A stretch of 64,000 nt of DNA from Escherichia phage vB_EcoM_AYO145A. A program made the position numbers and the translations under genes. The DNA lies in the sequence record KR014248; one strand, written 5' to 3'. Within the stretch, counting starts at the first letter, position 1; every line of letters starts with the position of its first letter. Shown here in pieces: positions 16,154 to 35,042 of this stretch. The notes under the pieces are model-generated. The model did no database searches. It was not told the origin of the DNA and worked only from the letters and a program-made list of their open reading frames with translations.

Positions 16154-16551
16154 GACTCTTAAACAGACACAGCTTTGTAGTAAAGCGTAAAGTCTCTGAA
16201 GACGGTTATTATAACGATGATGGTGATTGGGTAGCTTCACAAGATATTGTAGAGGTTAACTGTAAAGGTAATATCCAGCCATATATCAAAGGTTCTGTAA
16301 AGAATGGTACACAGATTGCTTTACCGGAAGGTATTAGACTTACTGATACAAGAATCCTGTATACCACATATAAGCTTAGGACTTCAGATGATGTAGAGTG
16401 GAATGAGTCTGACATTGTTATGATTGATGGTCATGAGTATGAAGTATTTATGACTATGGATTGGTCACAGCAATTAGCCCATACGTCCCATTATGAATAT
16501 ATCATTATTAGAAGGGATAAAATGAATGCAGTTAGAAACAGCAGAACTTGA
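16150..16551 (+). CDS. neck/tail completion protein (putative)
   Basis: Synteny; ATGA overlap with upstream gene. Confidence 0.35.
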   Translation: MRLLNRHSFVVKRKVSEDGYYNDDGDWVASQDIVEVNCKGNIQPYIKGSVKNGTQIALPEGIRLTDTRILYTTYKLRTSDDVEWNESDIVMIDGHEYEVFMTMDWSQQLAHTSHYEYIIIRRDKMNAVRNSRT

Positions 16552-17002
16552 AAAAGGTCTAGTTAGAACCTTAGTGGATGTTATTGGTCACAGATTAGCT
16601 CGTGATAAAAATAATAGGCCAAACGTAATTAGAGCTTACCCTTCTGATAACTCAAATGACAAAGGTTTAAAACCTGACCAGCCATTTATTACCGTATATT
16701 GTCAAGATGCTGCAACACCTTATGGTTGGGTTCTTGATAAGTTTGTTGAGGATGATGTAGTTTGCTACAGAATTGCTTTTCAGATTCCAGTATTAATTAC
16801 GGTGAATGGTAAAGGTGCTCACAGTATTATGCTTGAGCTTAAACAACGATTAGAGATGAGTTCAGTCAGAGATTTAATCCTTGAAGAAACAGGGGCTACA
16901 GTACTAGACACTGGAGCAATCCCTAATGACTATACTTATCTCAATACAGATTTCGAAAATTCTGCACCTCTTGTTGTAACTCTTGTAAAAATTCAGTCCT
17001 GA
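16526..17002 (+). CDS. tail completion protein (putative)
   Basis: Synteny. Confidence 0.35.
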   Translation: MQLETAELEKGLVRTLVDVIGHRLARDKNNRPNVIRAYPSDNSNDKGLKPDQPFITVYCQDAATPYGWVLDKFVEDDVVCYRIAFQIPVLITVNGKGAHSIMLELKQRLEMSSVRDLILEETGATVLDTGAIPNDYTYLNTDFENSAPLVVTLVKIQS

Positions 17003-17124
17003 AAGATGAACGTGGAAGTATTATTGAGCGTGTCATTGTTGATGGTGAGTTGGTTTACGAAGAAGGACAAGAGCCACCAGAATATACTATCCATCTAGAT
17101 GTAGACTCCAAAGGGGTAAAATAA

Positions 17125-18477
17125 ATGTGGAATCCAATTGTTAATGTAGATATTACATTGAACACCGCAGGAACTACAAGAGAAGGTTTTGGTTTGCCAC
17201 TATTCTTAGCTTCAACAGATAACTTTGAAGAGAGAGTTCGTGGCTACACTTCCTTAACTGAAGTTGCTGAAGACTTCGATGAGAATACTGCTGCATATAA
17301 GGCTGCTAAACAACTTTGGAGTCAGACTCCTAAAGTAACTCAGCTTTATATTGGTAGACGTTCTATGCAGTACACTGTATCAATTCCTGATGCCGTTTCC
17401 GAAAGTACAGACTACTCAATTACTGTAGCTGTTGGTGGTGGAATCTCTCAACCATTCCAGTACACAGCACAAAGCTCAGACACTGCTGAGGTGGTTTTGC
17501 AACAGTTTAAAACACAGATTGAAGCTGACCCAACAATCAAAGATAAGGTTTCTGTGAACGTAACTGGTAGTGCTGGTTCTGCCACAATGATTATTACTAA
17601 AGCTGGTGATAATGACTTTGTGAAAGTAACAACCACAGCACAGACTGTATATATTGCAGGTACAACTGCCGATACAGCATCAACTGCTCTGGCAGCCATT
17701 GAAGCTTATTCTACTGACTGGTATTTCATTGCAGCGGAAGACAGAACTCAACAGTTTGTCTTAGCAATGGCTTCTGAGATTCAGGCTCGTAAGAAAATCT
17801 TCTTTACAGCCAACTCCGATGTAACAGCACTACAAGGCACGGAGTTAGCCAGTGCAAATGATGTTCCAGCACAGCTTGCTAAGGGTATGTATACTCGCAC
17901 AGTTTGCTTGTGGCATCACGCAGCGGCAGAAGACTATCCAGAAATGGCATACATTGCTTATGGTGCTCCATATGATGCAGGTTCAATTGCTTGGGGTAAT
18001 GCTCAGCTAACTGGTGTAGCTGCTTCTCTACAGCCAGCTAATAAGAGACCTCTGACAAGTATTCAGAAGTCAGCTTTAGATGCACGTCACTGTAACTTTA
18101 TCGACCTTGATGGTGGTGTTCCAGTGGTTCGTAGAGGGATTACTTCTGGTGGGGAATGGATTGATATCGTCCGTGGTGTTGACTGGTTAGAATCAGACCT
18201 GAAAACTTCTCTGAGAGACTTGCTAATTAACCAGAAGGGTGGTAAGATTACTTATGATGATACTGGTATTACCCGTATTCGTCAAGTCATTGAAACCTCT
18301 CTACAAAGAGCAGTCAACAGAAACTTCCTGTCATCTTACACAGTTAATGTTCCTAAAGCCTCTCAAGTTGCTTTGGCAGACAAGAAAGCTCGTATCCTGA
18401 AAGATGTTACCTTCGCAGGTATCTTAGCAGGGGCTATCTTGGATGTTGACTTGAAAGGTACAGTGGCTTACGAATAA
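17125..18477 (+). CDS. tail sheath protein (putative)
   Basis: 450 aa ORF immediately upstream of a 148 aa tube-sized ORF and chaperone/tape-measure genes. Confidence 0.55.
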   Translation: MWNPIVNVDITLNTAGTTREGFGLPLFLASTDNFEERVRGYTSLTEVAEDFDENTAAYKAAKQLWSQTPKVTQLYIGRRSMQYTVSIPDAVSESTDYSITVAVGGGISQPFQYTAQSSDTAEVVLQQFKTQIEADPTIKDKVSVNVTGSAGSATMIITKAGDNDFVKVTTTAQTVYIAGTTADTASTALAAIEAYSTDWYFIAAEDRTQQFVLAMASEIQARKKIFFTANSDVTALQGTELASANDVPAQLAKGMYTRTVCLWHHAAAEDYPEMAYIAYGAPYDAGSIAWGNAQLTGVAASLQPANKRPLTSIQKSALDARHCNFIDLDGGVPVVRRGITSGGEWIDIVRGVDWLESDLKTSLRDLLINQKGGKITYDDTGITRIRQVIETSLQRAVNRNFLSSYTVNVPKASQVALADKKARILKDVTFAGILAGAILDVDLKGTVAYE

Positions 18478-18492
18478 TAGAGGTAAATTGGA

Positions 18493-18939
18493 ATGGCTAT
18501 GTATCAGCAATATTCCCCTAAAGACGTTGTATGTAGCTGGAATGGTATTGCCATTGAAGGCTTTGCCCCAGACTCATTCTTACGTCTACAGAGAACATCA
18601 CCACTTGTGACACCAGTTGTTGGTGCAGGTGGTCAGGTTGCTCTGACAAGAAATGCAGACAAGACAGGTACTATTGAGATTGAGTTAATGCAGACTTCTC
18701 TCTCTAACCAGATGCTTTCTGCAATTCAAGCTAAACAAGACAATATGGAACTTGAAGAAGATATCTCTTCTAACTTCGTAATCTACGACCCATCAGGCTC
18801 TGTTCTGGCAACTGGTATTAATGCTTGGTTGCAGGAATTACCACAGATTGAACTTGGTCGTGACCAGAACTCTAAAACTTGGATTTTTGGTTGTGAGAAG
18901 CTAGACTACACTTCTACAATTCCAGCGTCAAGTGTTTAA
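18493..18939 (+). CDS. tail tube protein (putative)
   Basis: Size and position. Confidence 0.5.
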   Translation: MAMYQQYSPKDVVCSWNGIAIEGFAPDSFLRLQRTSPLVTPVVGAGGQVALTRNADKTGTIEIELMQTSLSNQMLSAIQAKQDNMELEEDISSNFVIYDPSGSVLATGINAWLQELPQIELGRDQNSKTWIFGCEKLDYTSTIPASSV

Positions 18940-18950
18940 TAAATCCTATA

Positions 18951-18983
18951 AGGGGGAGACTTTAAAAGGTCTTCCCCTTTTTT
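18951..18983 (+). terminator. rho-independent terminator after tube gene
   Basis: GGGGGAGAC...GTCTTCCCC hairpin followed by TTTTTT. Confidence 0.5.
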
Positions 18984-19011
18984 GTTTCTTTTAAAGTATT
19001 AAGGAATCACA

Positions 19012-19410
19012 ATGAAAACAGAATCTAGAGTAATTAATGGTAAAAAAGTAAATATCATTCTGCTTGGGGCAAGAGATGGTATTAAGATGTCTATGAAGTT
19101 GGGTAAGATTGTTGTTCCAACCTTTGCACAGATGCTATCAAGTCTGACTGATAAAGATAAGAAAGAAGCTCCAATGGTTCCGTTTAAAGAACTTGTTGAA
19201 GCTTGCTTTGACAGAATTGAAGAAATTAACCTTGAAGAAATGGCTACCATGTTATTTCAAGGGGCAACTGTTGATGACTTCCCACTTAATATTGATACAT
19301 ACTTCCAAGCAAACTATGGTGAATTTATTGATTACTTAGCATTTGCGCTGGAGGCAAACTTCGGAAGTTTTTTCGAAGCAAGCATTTTCAAAAGCCTAAC
19401 TTCTCAGTAA
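19012..19410 (+). CDS. tail assembly chaperone (putative)
   Basis: Position between tube and tape measure. Confidence 0.4.
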   Translation: MKTESRVINGKKVNIILLGARDGIKMSMKLGKIVVPTFAQMLSSLTDKDKKEAPMVPFKELVEACFDRIEEINLEEMATMLFQGATVDDFPLNIDTYFQANYGEFIDYLAFALEANFGSFFEASIFKSLTSQ

Positions 19411-19412
19411 AC

Positions 19413-19651
19413 ATGGGTAACACTCTACAGACACCACTAACTGATGCTGCTGTAGAGGCAACCTATGAAGAAGCAGACGAGATGAAATTTGTGCTTGCTA
19501 TTTATGGTATGGAAGGGTGTAAAGAAACACTTGACCAACTCTTTGCTATGACATTCTCTGATTTATTATCATTGAGACAATTTCTTGAAATTCAGAGGTC
19601 GTATAAAGAGGAAATTGCTTACAACGAACTTAGAAGAGCAGGAAAAATGTA

Positions 19652-19652
<1 letters not shown>
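19413..19652 (+). CDS. tail assembly chaperone, second small protein (putative)
   Basis: Position. Confidence 0.35.
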
Positions 19653-27668
<8,016 letters not shown>

Positions 27669-27670
27669 TA

Positions 27671-28843
27671 ATGGCAGTAGGTGAAATTCAAATTAGTGCC
27701 TTGCCTCAAGCAGCTTTACCAATTGACCTTAGTGATATCTTCCATCTTAAGCAGGGTATTGAGGATAAGAGATGCACTCTTGAGCAATTGCTTGCTCCAC
27801 ACTCAAGCCTAAGAAATAACCCTCATGGTGTTACTAAAACACAAATTGGTTTAGATAATGTTATTAATGCTCTTCAGTTAGTTGCTGCAAATAACTTATC
27901 AGATATTGTTAATGTAGCTGAGGCAAGAGCAAATCTACAGATTATGTCTTCCGAAGAGGTTAATAGTCTTGTTCAACAGCATATTAATGATAAGAGTAAT
28001 CCGCACAATACAACTAAGGCACAGGTAGGGTTGAGTAATGTCCAGAACTGGACAACATCTAACCTTTATAATGAAGATGCAGATAAGTATGCTACAGCGA
28101 GAGCAGTAAATAACTTGTACAAGGCTGTTCAGGCTTCCTATCCAGTAGGTACTATCCATCTTTCCATGAACTCTGCAAACCCTTCTACATATTTAATTTG
28201 TGGAGGAACTTGGGAGTTAGTTTCAAAAGGTAGGGCATTAGTTGGTTATGACTCTGACACAAGACCAGCAGGTTCTGTATTTGGTGCTTCAACTGTCACT
28301 TTATCAGTTAATAATATGCCTCAACACTCTCACTCTGTATCTCTTAGTGGTGGTGGTCATACCCATAATGCAACTGTGTCAATTTCAGCTTTTGACTATG
28401 GAACTAAGACTACCAACTCTTTTGACTATGGAACAAAGGGTACTAATACAACAGGTAACCATACGCACAACGTATCAGGTAACACAAGTACAAATGGTAC
28501 TCACAACCACGATGTGTACCCTAGAGAAAATGATGGTACTGGTAATGCTGTAGCTGACTCCGATGGTGGTGGTGCAAGAAGAACATCAAGGACATCGAGT
28601 GATGGTGCACACTCACATAGTTTTAATGTTACATCTGGTGCATCCGGTGACCACAGCCACACAGTCGGTATTGGTGCTCACAGCCACACAGTCGGTATTG
28701 GTTCACATACACACAGTGGTACTGTGACAGTTTCTTCTTCTGAGCATACACATAGTGGCAATACAAATAGTGTTGGTGGAGGTCAGGCGGTTAATATTGA
28801 ACAGCCATCCTTCGTACTGTATGTATGGCAGAGAACAGCTTAA
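27671..28843 (+). CDS. tail fibre protein with phage tail fibre repeats and C-terminal His-box (HxH) domain
   Basis: Repeated NPHxxTKxQxGLxNV motifs; C-terminus with many HTH/HSH/HNH triplets and tandem HSHTVGIG duplication. Confidence 0.7.
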   Translation: MAVGEIQISALPQAALPIDLSDIFHLKQGIEDKRCTLEQLLAPHSSLRNNPHGVTKTQIGLDNVINALQLVAANNLSDIVNVAEARANLQIMSSEEVNSLVQQHINDKSNPHNTTKAQVGLSNVQNWTTSNLYNEDADKYATARAVNNLYKAVQASYPVGTIHLSMNSANPSTYLICGGTWELVSKGRALVGYDSDTRPAGSVFGASTVTLSVNNMPQHSHSVSLSGGGHTHNATVSISAFDYGTKTTNSFDYGTKGTNTTGNHTHNVSGNTSTNGTHNHDVYPRENDGTGNAVADSDGGGARRTSRTSSDGAHSHSFNVTSGASGDHSHTVGIGAHSHTVGIGSHTHSGTVTVSSSEHTHSGNTNSVGGGQAVNIEQPSFVLYVWQRTA

Positions 28844-28852
28844 TTTCTTTAC

Positions 28853-28874
28853 AGGGGCTATCAAGCCCCTTTTA
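28853..28874 (+). terminator. hairpin/terminator between the two tail fibre genes (AGGGGCT-ATCA-AGCCCCT + TTT)
   Basis: Perfect 7-bp stem read from sequence; short T tract. Confidence 0.4.
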
Positions 28875-28889
28875 AGAGGAAAATTTACA

Positions 28890-31253
28890 ATGGCAGATTA
28901 CAAGTTGAGTGAATTAAACTCAATCGATACAATCCGTTCAGATGACCTTCTTCATGTCAGAGTTAAAAAGAGACCTGAAATGCTGGGTGATGAAGACCGT
29001 CGAATGACCTATCAAGACTTCTTAGCATCTTTTAATCTTGAAAGATTTGTTCAGATTGCTGGTAGCACTATGACGGGTGACTTAGGGATTGTTAAGTTAC
29101 TTTATGGTGGTAAGGCAGTCTTTGACCCAACAGGCTCTTCTGAGATTAATATTGGGGATGTTTTAAAGACTTTTAAAATTAACTCAAACGGTCTTAGACT
29201 AACTATTGCAGATGCTTCAAGGTCAGCAACTGTTTATCATACCCTGAATAAACCAAGTCCTAATGAGCTTGGGATGAGAACTAATGAAGAGAATGATGCA
29301 AGATATGCAAGACTTGCTGTTACAAACTCATTCCAAGCTAAACAGAGTGTCGTAGCAAATGGCGAGCAGTTGACACTGAAGACCCCTGCTGGTGCAAGTG
29401 AGGCATACTCCGCTATTGTAGGTCGAAATGCCAATAATGATAAAACTTGGGCTGTTGGGAATCTAACTCAAGGAAGTCTTGATGTTCATCTCGAAAACAG
29501 CAGAGGTTCAAGAATCACTCTAGGTGCAATTGTGTCTGTTAATAAGGCTCTTGCTATTACTGGACAGGTTCAACCTTCTGACTTCTCTAACTTAGATGCT
29601 AGATATTTTACTCAGGCAGTTGCTAACCAGAGATTTGCACAGTTAGCTGCTAATAACACTTTTAGTGGTGCAAACACATTCACTAATTCCGTCAGTGTGA
29701 ACTCTGATGCTGCTGCTATCATTCTCAAAAATAAAACTGTTAATGATAATTTGTTCATCCTAGCAAGAGACAGTGAAAACAATAATTTGTGGTATATTGG
29801 TAAAGGTGATACAAACTCTAATGTCACATTATATGATTATAAGGGTGGTACTTCTATTAAATTAGACTCATCTGGTGTAACATTTAATAAGGTTGTAAAA
29901 ATCATTGGTCAAGTTCAACCTTCTGATTGGGCTAACATTGACTCTAGATACATTCCAGCAGCTACTTTGAATAATCTTGCTAAGATTAATGTATCTAATA
30001 CATTCACGAATACACAAACTATTGTTGCTAACAATGAAGGGTTGATTGTAAAGAATTTAACACAAAATCAGCCTTTGTATATCCGTGGTGTTGATACCAC
30101 AAACACCTCTAGATGGTGGATTGGTGTAGGAGGGAACAATTCTAACGTGGTTACTTGGAGCAACAGCTACTCTGGCACAGCAATTGCCCTTGAACAATCA
30201 GTAATTGTGGCTAACAAGAGTCTTGCTATCGCTGGTCAAGTTCAACCTTCTGACTTCTCTAACTTAGATGCTAGGTACTATACGCAATCTGTTGCGAACT
30301 CTAGGTACATGCTTGCAAGCCTCACTGGTTCAGCTTCTGAAAAGGATGGTGGGAATGGGGTTGCATGGAATGCTAGAACAGGGCTATACAATGTTACCAA
30401 CACTACTGGTGGAGCATCTTTTCTTGTATCTCATATGTTTTTAGGTGCTGGCTCTACACCATCTGCACAATTAAAATTTGAATACAGAAATGGTGGGATG
30501 TGGTATAGAACATCAAGAGATGCCTATGGCTTCGAAGTTAATTGGTCTAAGGTTTACACGGAAGCACAAAAACCAACCCCTTCAGATATTGGTGCATACA
30601 CTAAAGCTGAAACTGACCAGAAGATTGCACAGGCAGTAAGTGACTCTACAGACCTTAATAAAATCTATCCAGTAGGTATTGTAACGTGGTTTAACAGCAA
30701 CGTTAACCCTAATACAGCACTTCCTGGTCTAACTTGGACGTACCTGAATAATGGTGTTGGGAGAACTATTAGAATTGCAGCAGCAAATGGTTCAGATGTT
30801 GCTACAACTGGTGGTTCAGATTCTGTAACGTTAGCTGTTGGTAACTTACCATCACACACTCACAGCTTCTCTGCTACCACTTCATCTTTTGATTATGGTA
30901 CGAAGGGGACTAATAGTACTGGTGGTCACACTCACTCTGGTAGTGGTTCTACCAGCACAAATGGTGAGCACAGCCACTACATCGAGGCATGGAACGGGAC
31001 TGGTGCAGGTGGTAGTAAGATGTCATCGTATGCCGTAGCATATAGGGCGGGTGGGAGTAACACTAATGCAGCAGGAAACCACAGCCACACTTTCTCTTTC
31101 TCAACTAACAATACTGGCGCTCACACACACTCTGTAGGTATTGGTGCTCACAGCCACACAGTTAGTGGTAACACTGGTGGTACAGGCTCTGGTTCAGCAT
31201 TTAGTGTTACTAACCAGTTCTACAAATTAATGGCTTGGGTAAGAACTGCTTAA
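28890..31253 (+). CDS. large tail fibre protein with three internal repeats and the same C-terminal His-box domain
   Basis: Start at ATG 28890 with AGAGGA RBS (ORF track frame from 28755 overlaps upstream gene); repeat [15 protein letters not shown] x3; C-terminus paralogous to 27671-28843. Confidence 0.7.
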   Translation: MADYKLSELNSIDTIRSDDLLHVRVKKRPEMLGDEDRRMTYQDFLASFNLERFVQIAGSTMTGDLGIVKLLYGGKAVFDPTGSSEINIGDVLKTFKINSNGLRLTIADASRSATVYHTLNKPSPNELGMRTNEENDARYARLAVTNSFQAKQSVVANGEQLTLKTPAGASEAYSAIVGRNANNDKTWAVGNLTQGSLDVHLENSRGSRITLGAIVSVNKALAITGQVQPSDFSNLDARYFTQAVANQRFAQLAANNTFSGANTFTNSVSVNSDAAAIILKNKTVNDNLFILARDSENNNLWYIGKGDTNSNVTLYDYKGGTSIKLDSSGVTFNKVVKIIGQVQPSDWANIDSRYIPAATLNNLAKINVSNTFTNTQTIVANNEGLIVKNLTQNQPLYIRGVDTTNTSRWWIGVGGNNSNVVTWSNSYSGTAIALEQSVIVANKSLAIAGQVQPSDFSNLDARYYTQSVANSRYMLASLTGSASEKDGGNGVAWNARTGLYNVTNTTGGASFLVSHMFLGAGSTPSAQLKFEYRNGGMWYRTSRDAYGFEVNWSKVYTEAQKPTPSDIGAYTKAETDQKIAQAVSDSTDLNKIYPVGIVTWFNSNVNPNTALPGLTWTYLNNGVGRTIRIAAANGSDVATTGGSDSVTLAVGNLPSHTHSFSATTSSFDYGTKGTNSTGGHTHSGSGSTSTNGEHSHYIEAWNGTGAGGSKMSSYAVAYRAGGSNTNAAGNHSHTFSFSTNNTGAHTHSVGIGAHSHTVSGNTGGTGSGSAFSVTNQFYKLMAWVRTA
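29547..30274 (+). repeat. three intragenic direct repeats of about 50 nt within tail fibre gene (copies near 29547-29600, 29899-29950, 30219-30274)
   Basis: Near-identical DNA segments CAACCTTCTGACTTCTCTAACTTAGATGCTAG in copies 1 and 3. Confidence 0.7.
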
Positions 31254-31331
31254 TCCCTTATTGACTGATTGTTAAGATGGTGTTAATATCTTTATGGGTA
31301 TTCTCACCATCTTGGCTGATGAGGTGATTAA

Positions 31332-31526
31332 ATGCCTACAATCCTAGCAATTCTTCTAAAAAATCTAGGTAGCTTCTTCTGGAAACTCATTTTATCCCTT
31401 CTAAGTGAATACATGATTGAGAAAGTGTTCTTTAGGCTTGCAAGATACCTTGCGAGTAAAACAGACACACCTATTGATGATGAGTTCGTAGATAACTTAG
31501 AAAAAGCTTTTAAGGGGGAGAAGTAA
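31332..31526 (+). CDS. small membrane protein (holin-like candidate)
   Basis: 64 aa with hydrophobic N-terminal segment, located after tail fibre genes. Confidence 0.3.
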   Translation: MPTILAILLKNLGSFFWKLILSLLSEYMIEKVFFRLARYLASKTDTPIDDEFVDNLEKAFKGEK

Positions 31527-31898
31527 ATGAAGTGGTTAGAGGAAGCTTTTAAAAATAATATTGGTGCAATTGTTGTTGGTATTTTTAGTGTTATTGGGAT
31601 GTATACCACTATGCAAGTTTCAAGTGGTAAGCAAGAAGTGTCTATCACAACAAAGTTACAACAGTTAGATAATTATTCCAAAAGTAATTATTCAGCTATT
31701 CGTGATTTACAGTCTGATATGAGGCTGCTTCAGCTAGGGATGGAGAACCAGAAAGTCCAGTTAGAGAATGTTAAGGGTGAGAACGCAAAACTTACTAAGA
31801 CTCTTGATAAGTTCTCTGATAGTGTGAACAATCTGGCTCAATCAGTATCAGCCCTCCAAGCTATTACTGAAAAGAACACAAAGAATACTGAAAAGTAA
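31527..31898 (+). CDS. membrane-anchored coiled-coil protein (spanin-like candidate)
   Basis: N-terminal TM helix followed by heptad-rich region. Confidence 0.3.
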   Translation: MKWLEEAFKNNIGAIVVGIFSVIGMYTTMQVSSGKQEVSITTKLQQLDNYSKSNYSAIRDLQSDMRLLQLGMENQKVQLENVKGENAKLTKTLDKFSDSVNNLAQSVSALQAITEKNTKNTEK

Positions 31899-31903
31899 AG
31901 TTT

Positions 31904-31932
31904 AAGGCTCCTTTTTACGGGAGCCTTTTTTG
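31904..31932. terminator. hairpin terminator between convergent genes (GGCTCC-loop-GGGAGCC + TTTTTT)
   Basis: Stem and T-run read from sequence; sits between plus gene ending 31898 and minus gene ending 31935. Confidence 0.55.
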
Positions 31933-31934
31933 TT

Positions 31935-32834
31935 TTATTTACCTACTGACAAAGGTGCTTCAATCTTTCCTGCATGTTGATAGTTGCTAATACCACCGAT
32001 AAAGTCACTTGCAGTAAGATGTTTCAGGTCACTTAAAGTATTAAGTTGTAGACCAATCTCAAAAGTAGGTGCATGGAACTCTTCATTGCTCATCAGTTCA
32101 TAAACCTGCTTCATATGGTTCTGGTAAATCTGAGTATCCCCAAAGACACCTATCAAGTACCGTGGAGTGTATCCAGTCATCTTACAAAGAACTTCCAGAA
32201 TAAAACCATAAGACGCAATGTTAAAGGGAAGTCCTAAAAAGGTATCTACAGAACGCTGATACCATTGTAAGTCAACTTCACCCTCGTTAGTAATATAAAT
32301 CTGAAACAGAACATGACAAGGTGCTAGAGCCATTGAGTTTGCTGCAATATCTGCTGCATTCCAAGCATTAACAAGCATGTAACGGTCTGTAATATCACCC
32401 TTCATCTTCGTTACTAAGGTTTCTAACTGGTCTACAACACAACCATTATGACCTTCAAAGTTTCTCCACTGAACCCCATAGATTCTCCCACCTGCATCTT
32501 CTAACCAATCTTGTTCAGAAGAATAGTTAGAACTTAACCAGCGTTTAAAATCATCTGACCAGATAGTCCAACGTTCTCCGTCATTTTCACCCCAAGTGCG
32601 GTAACGGAGTTCACCAAGCTTATTCTCGCCATTCAGGAACCATAAAGCTTCCCCAATAACTTGCCGTGTAAACACCTGTTTAGATGTTAAAAGCGGGAAA
32701 CCAGTTCGCATATCAAAACGAAACTGAGGTGGAGCAAATGCAGAGATAACATCTCCAGTTCGTGTAGTACGCAGTTCACCAACTGATAAAACATGGTTCA
32801 GGATATTTTTGTAACTTGAATCTGCTTGTGACAT
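31935..32834 (-). CDS. thyA: thymidylate synthase
   Basis: Motifs APCHVLFQ (active-site Cys) and RIYGVQWR. Confidence 0.9.
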   Translation of the reverse strand: MSQADSSYKNILNHVLSVGELRTTRTGDVISAFAPPQFRFDMRTGFPLLTSKQVFTRQVIGEALWFLNGENKLGELRYRTWGENDGERWTIWSDDFKRWLSSNYSSEQDWLEDAGGRIYGVQWRNFEGHNGCVVDQLETLVTKMKGDITDRYMLVNAWNAADIAANSMALAPCHVLFQIYITNEGEVDLQWYQRSVDTFLGLPFNIASYGFILEVLCKMTGYTPRYLIGVFGDTQIYQNHMKQVYELMSNEEFHAPTFEIGLQLNTLSDLKHLTASDFIGGISNYQHAGKIEAPLSVGK

Positions 32835-32835
32835 A

Positions 32836-33381
32836 TCAAAAGTGTCCTTTTACTTGTGGAACATAAATTTCAAAAGTTGCTTTACCATCCTCTGATGGTT
32901 TTGACTGTACCTTTGTAAATACACGGTTATCATACAGCTTCTCAAAGAAGTTTTCAAAAGGTAAATGCACAGTGGCCTCTTCAGTAACTTTATGGAAAAC
33001 AGTATGGAACACCACACTAGCATACGGTAAAGCATCGACAAGGACACCTGCGCCACCAATTACAAAGACATCTTCATCAATAGAGCTATCAAGATACTTC
33101 AAAAATGCTCCAAAGGACTCTTTACTAGCTTTAGCAAACATAACATCATCTTTACCAAAGTCTATACCATAATAAGGTACAGAGTTTGTTAAGATGAGGT
33201 TTGCACGTTCTGGTAAAGGCTTACTCCCCAGAGTCTTGAAAGTCTCATTACCCATCACTACTAAGTTGTTTTTAGTGAGTCTCTTAAACTCTTGCATATC
33301 TTGCTTATGTCGAGGCCACGGCATACCAGTCGGTGTACCAAATTCACCGTTTTCACCACTTGCAAATATTAGTTTAATCAT
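32836..33381 (-). CDS. folA: dihydrofolate reductase
   Basis: N-terminal IFASGENGEFGTPTGMPWP and VVMGNETFKTLG motifs. Confidence 0.85.
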   Translation of the reverse strand: MIKLIFASGENGEFGTPTGMPWPRHKQDMQEFKRLTKNNLVVMGNETFKTLGSKPLPERANLILTNSVPYYGIDFGKDDVMFAKASKESFGAFLKYLDSSIDEDVFVIGGAGVLVDALPYASVVFHTVFHKVTEEATVHLPFENFFEKLYDNRVFTKVQSKPSEDGKATFEIYVPQVKGHF

Positions 33382-33638
33382 TTTGTAAACCCTTTCTTAA
33401 TGAACCAGTTGATGACACTCTTCACAACTTTACTACGATGGTAGATAAAATGTGGAGATGGTTGGTATGAACCATAAGCCCAGAAAGCGATAATTTCATT
33501 ACACCCTGTGCATCGGGTACTTTCTTCAGCAATATGACCGTTGACTATTTCACTTACCTCACCTTGTAAGTCTGTACACCCACAATGTGGACAACGGATA
33601 GGTGTTCCATCAGACTCATAGCAGTGTTCAATTTTCAT
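33378..33638 (-). CDS. zinc-ribbon protein (CxxC...CxxC)
   Basis: CPHCGC and CTGCN pairs. Confidence 0.5.
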   Translation of the reverse strand: MKIEHCYESDGTPIRCPHCGCTDLQGEVSEIVNGHIAEESTRCTGCNEIIAFWAYGSYQPSPHFIYHRSKVVKSVINWFIKKGFTK

Positions 33639-34154
33639 CTATTTAACCTCAAAAACTGGCTCAAGAACCAATATAAAGTCTACACAGTCATCTTCTTCAT
33701 CCAGAATACCATCAAAGTTCTTAGGAACAAAGTCGAAGAGGCTCATAACAAAACAGTCAGAAGTGACCTTGATAGTTCCTCCCATGTTCTCTACAGTTAA
33801 CACTGTACGACTTTCTTTTACCTCCCTCAGAAGATTACCCACAAAGTCATCTAAGAAGTACTTCATCAGTGACTTGAAACCTTTAGGGTAATCTGTACCA
33901 GAGTATGTTTCAATCTGAGGCACAAGCTTAACATTTATACTAGTCTTTGTTAAGAACGTGTTAGAGAACATGCTATCAGGTAGCTTACAAACAGTCTTTC
34001 CAGTACCTTCATGCTCAATCTCAACAAAACCAGCTTCGTCACCACATGTAACTATTTTAAAAGATGCTTCATTCTCATACTGTGAAGCCATAAACTTTTT
34101 AAGCATCTCTTTAAGGAAATCTGCATGAGCATCTTGTAAGTAGACATCAATCAT
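33639..34154 (-). CDS. hypothetical protein
   Basis: ORF track. Confidence 0.5.
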   Translation of the reverse strand: MIDVYLQDAHADFLKEMLKKFMASQYENEASFKIVTCGDEAGFVEIEHEGTGKTVCKLPDSMFSNTFLTKTSINVKLVPQIETYSGTDYPKGFKSLMKYFLDDFVGNLLREVKESRTVLTVENMGGTIKVTSDCFVMSLFDFVPKNFDGILDEEDDCVDFILVLEPVFEVK

Positions 34155-34167
34155 AGTTAATCACCTA

Positions 34168-34527
34168 TTATGGGAACAGACACTTAATGTCATCGTTTTT
34201 GAAGACAAAACTTGTGTAGTTGTGACCATCAACATCTAGCCAAACAGCCTGAACATCTACACCATCAAGATTCTGGTAAAGCTCTTTGATGAAGTGGTCT
34301 TTCACAATCTGGCTGCTAGTTGTCTCCAGCTTAATGTTCGAGATTGCTGAACCTACAGCCATATAACCCATGACACGTTTCTTCTCAGTATGCTTAATCT
34401 TACCATCTTTGTAAGCCATAATGAGATTGGAAAGAATCTTCACACCGTAGTACTTTTCAAGGTGAGTAGGTACACCATAAAATCCTAATGCGAAGTTTTC
34501 AGAGTGGATAATGTTTTCACGTTTCAT
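34168..34527 (-). CDS. hypothetical protein
   Basis: ORF track. Confidence 0.5.
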   Translation of the reverse strand: MKRENIIHSENFALGFYGVPTHLEKYYGVKILSNLIMAYKDGKIKHTEKKRVMGYMAVGSAISNIKLETTSSQIVKDHFIKELYQNLDGVDVQAVWLDVDGHNYTSFVFKNDDIKCLFP

Positions 34528-34528
34528 A

Positions 34529-34858
34529 TTAGTCTGCCAACCTTAAATTGAAATTAACACCAAATTTTTCACATACTTCCAACATAAACTCAAGAGAGAC
34601 ATTACCAGTGAGATTGATTATGTTGGATACACGAGCCTGAGATATACCACAAATTTTAGCAACTTGCTCTTGAGAAAGACCTCTGGATTTAATCTCTCTC
34701 TTAAAACGATGTGCAACGAAGTCTCTCATTTCGTCTACATCCATTGGACAAATATAACTCTCCATTTCAGCCTCTCTATCAGCCTCCCAATCATCTTGTG
34801 GGGCATAAGGGTCAAAAACCTCATTCATCTTTCTTCTTCCGTTTGCGTGAAGTGTCAA
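34529..34858 (-). CDS. helix-turn-helix (XRE-like) DNA-binding protein
   Basis: HTH segment LSQEQVAKICGISQARVSNI. Confidence 0.6.
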   Translation of the reverse strand: MTLHANGRRKMNEVFDPYAPQDDWEADREAEMESYICPMDVDEMRDFVAHRFKREIKSRGLSQEQVAKICGISQARVSNIINLTGNVSLEFMLEVCEKFGVNFNLRLAD

Positions 34859-35042
34859 TCAATGAATCTATGTTTGTAGCCCTAACCTTTTCACGTTCAT
34901 CGTTAAGATAATCATCAAGAGCCTTCTCAATCTGTGAATCATCTTGACAGATAACTGTAAAGACTGTAAAGCCGTCTGTATCGTCAATTATCTTACCATA
35001 ACCGCTTCTGGGATGTAACTTTTTAAGAGCCATATCAGACAC
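34821..35042 (-). CDS. hypothetical acidic protein
   Basis: ORF track. Confidence 0.4.
   Translation of the reverse strand: MSDMALKKLHPRSGYGKIIDDTDGFTVFTVICQDDSQIEKALDDYLNDEREKVRATNIDSLIDTSRKRKKKDE

Noticed and set aside
28755-28889. ORF-track start at 28755 for the large tail fibre gene
   Set aside because: Would overlap the upstream fibre gene by about 90 nt and span a hairpin; the ATG at 28890 has a proper RBS.
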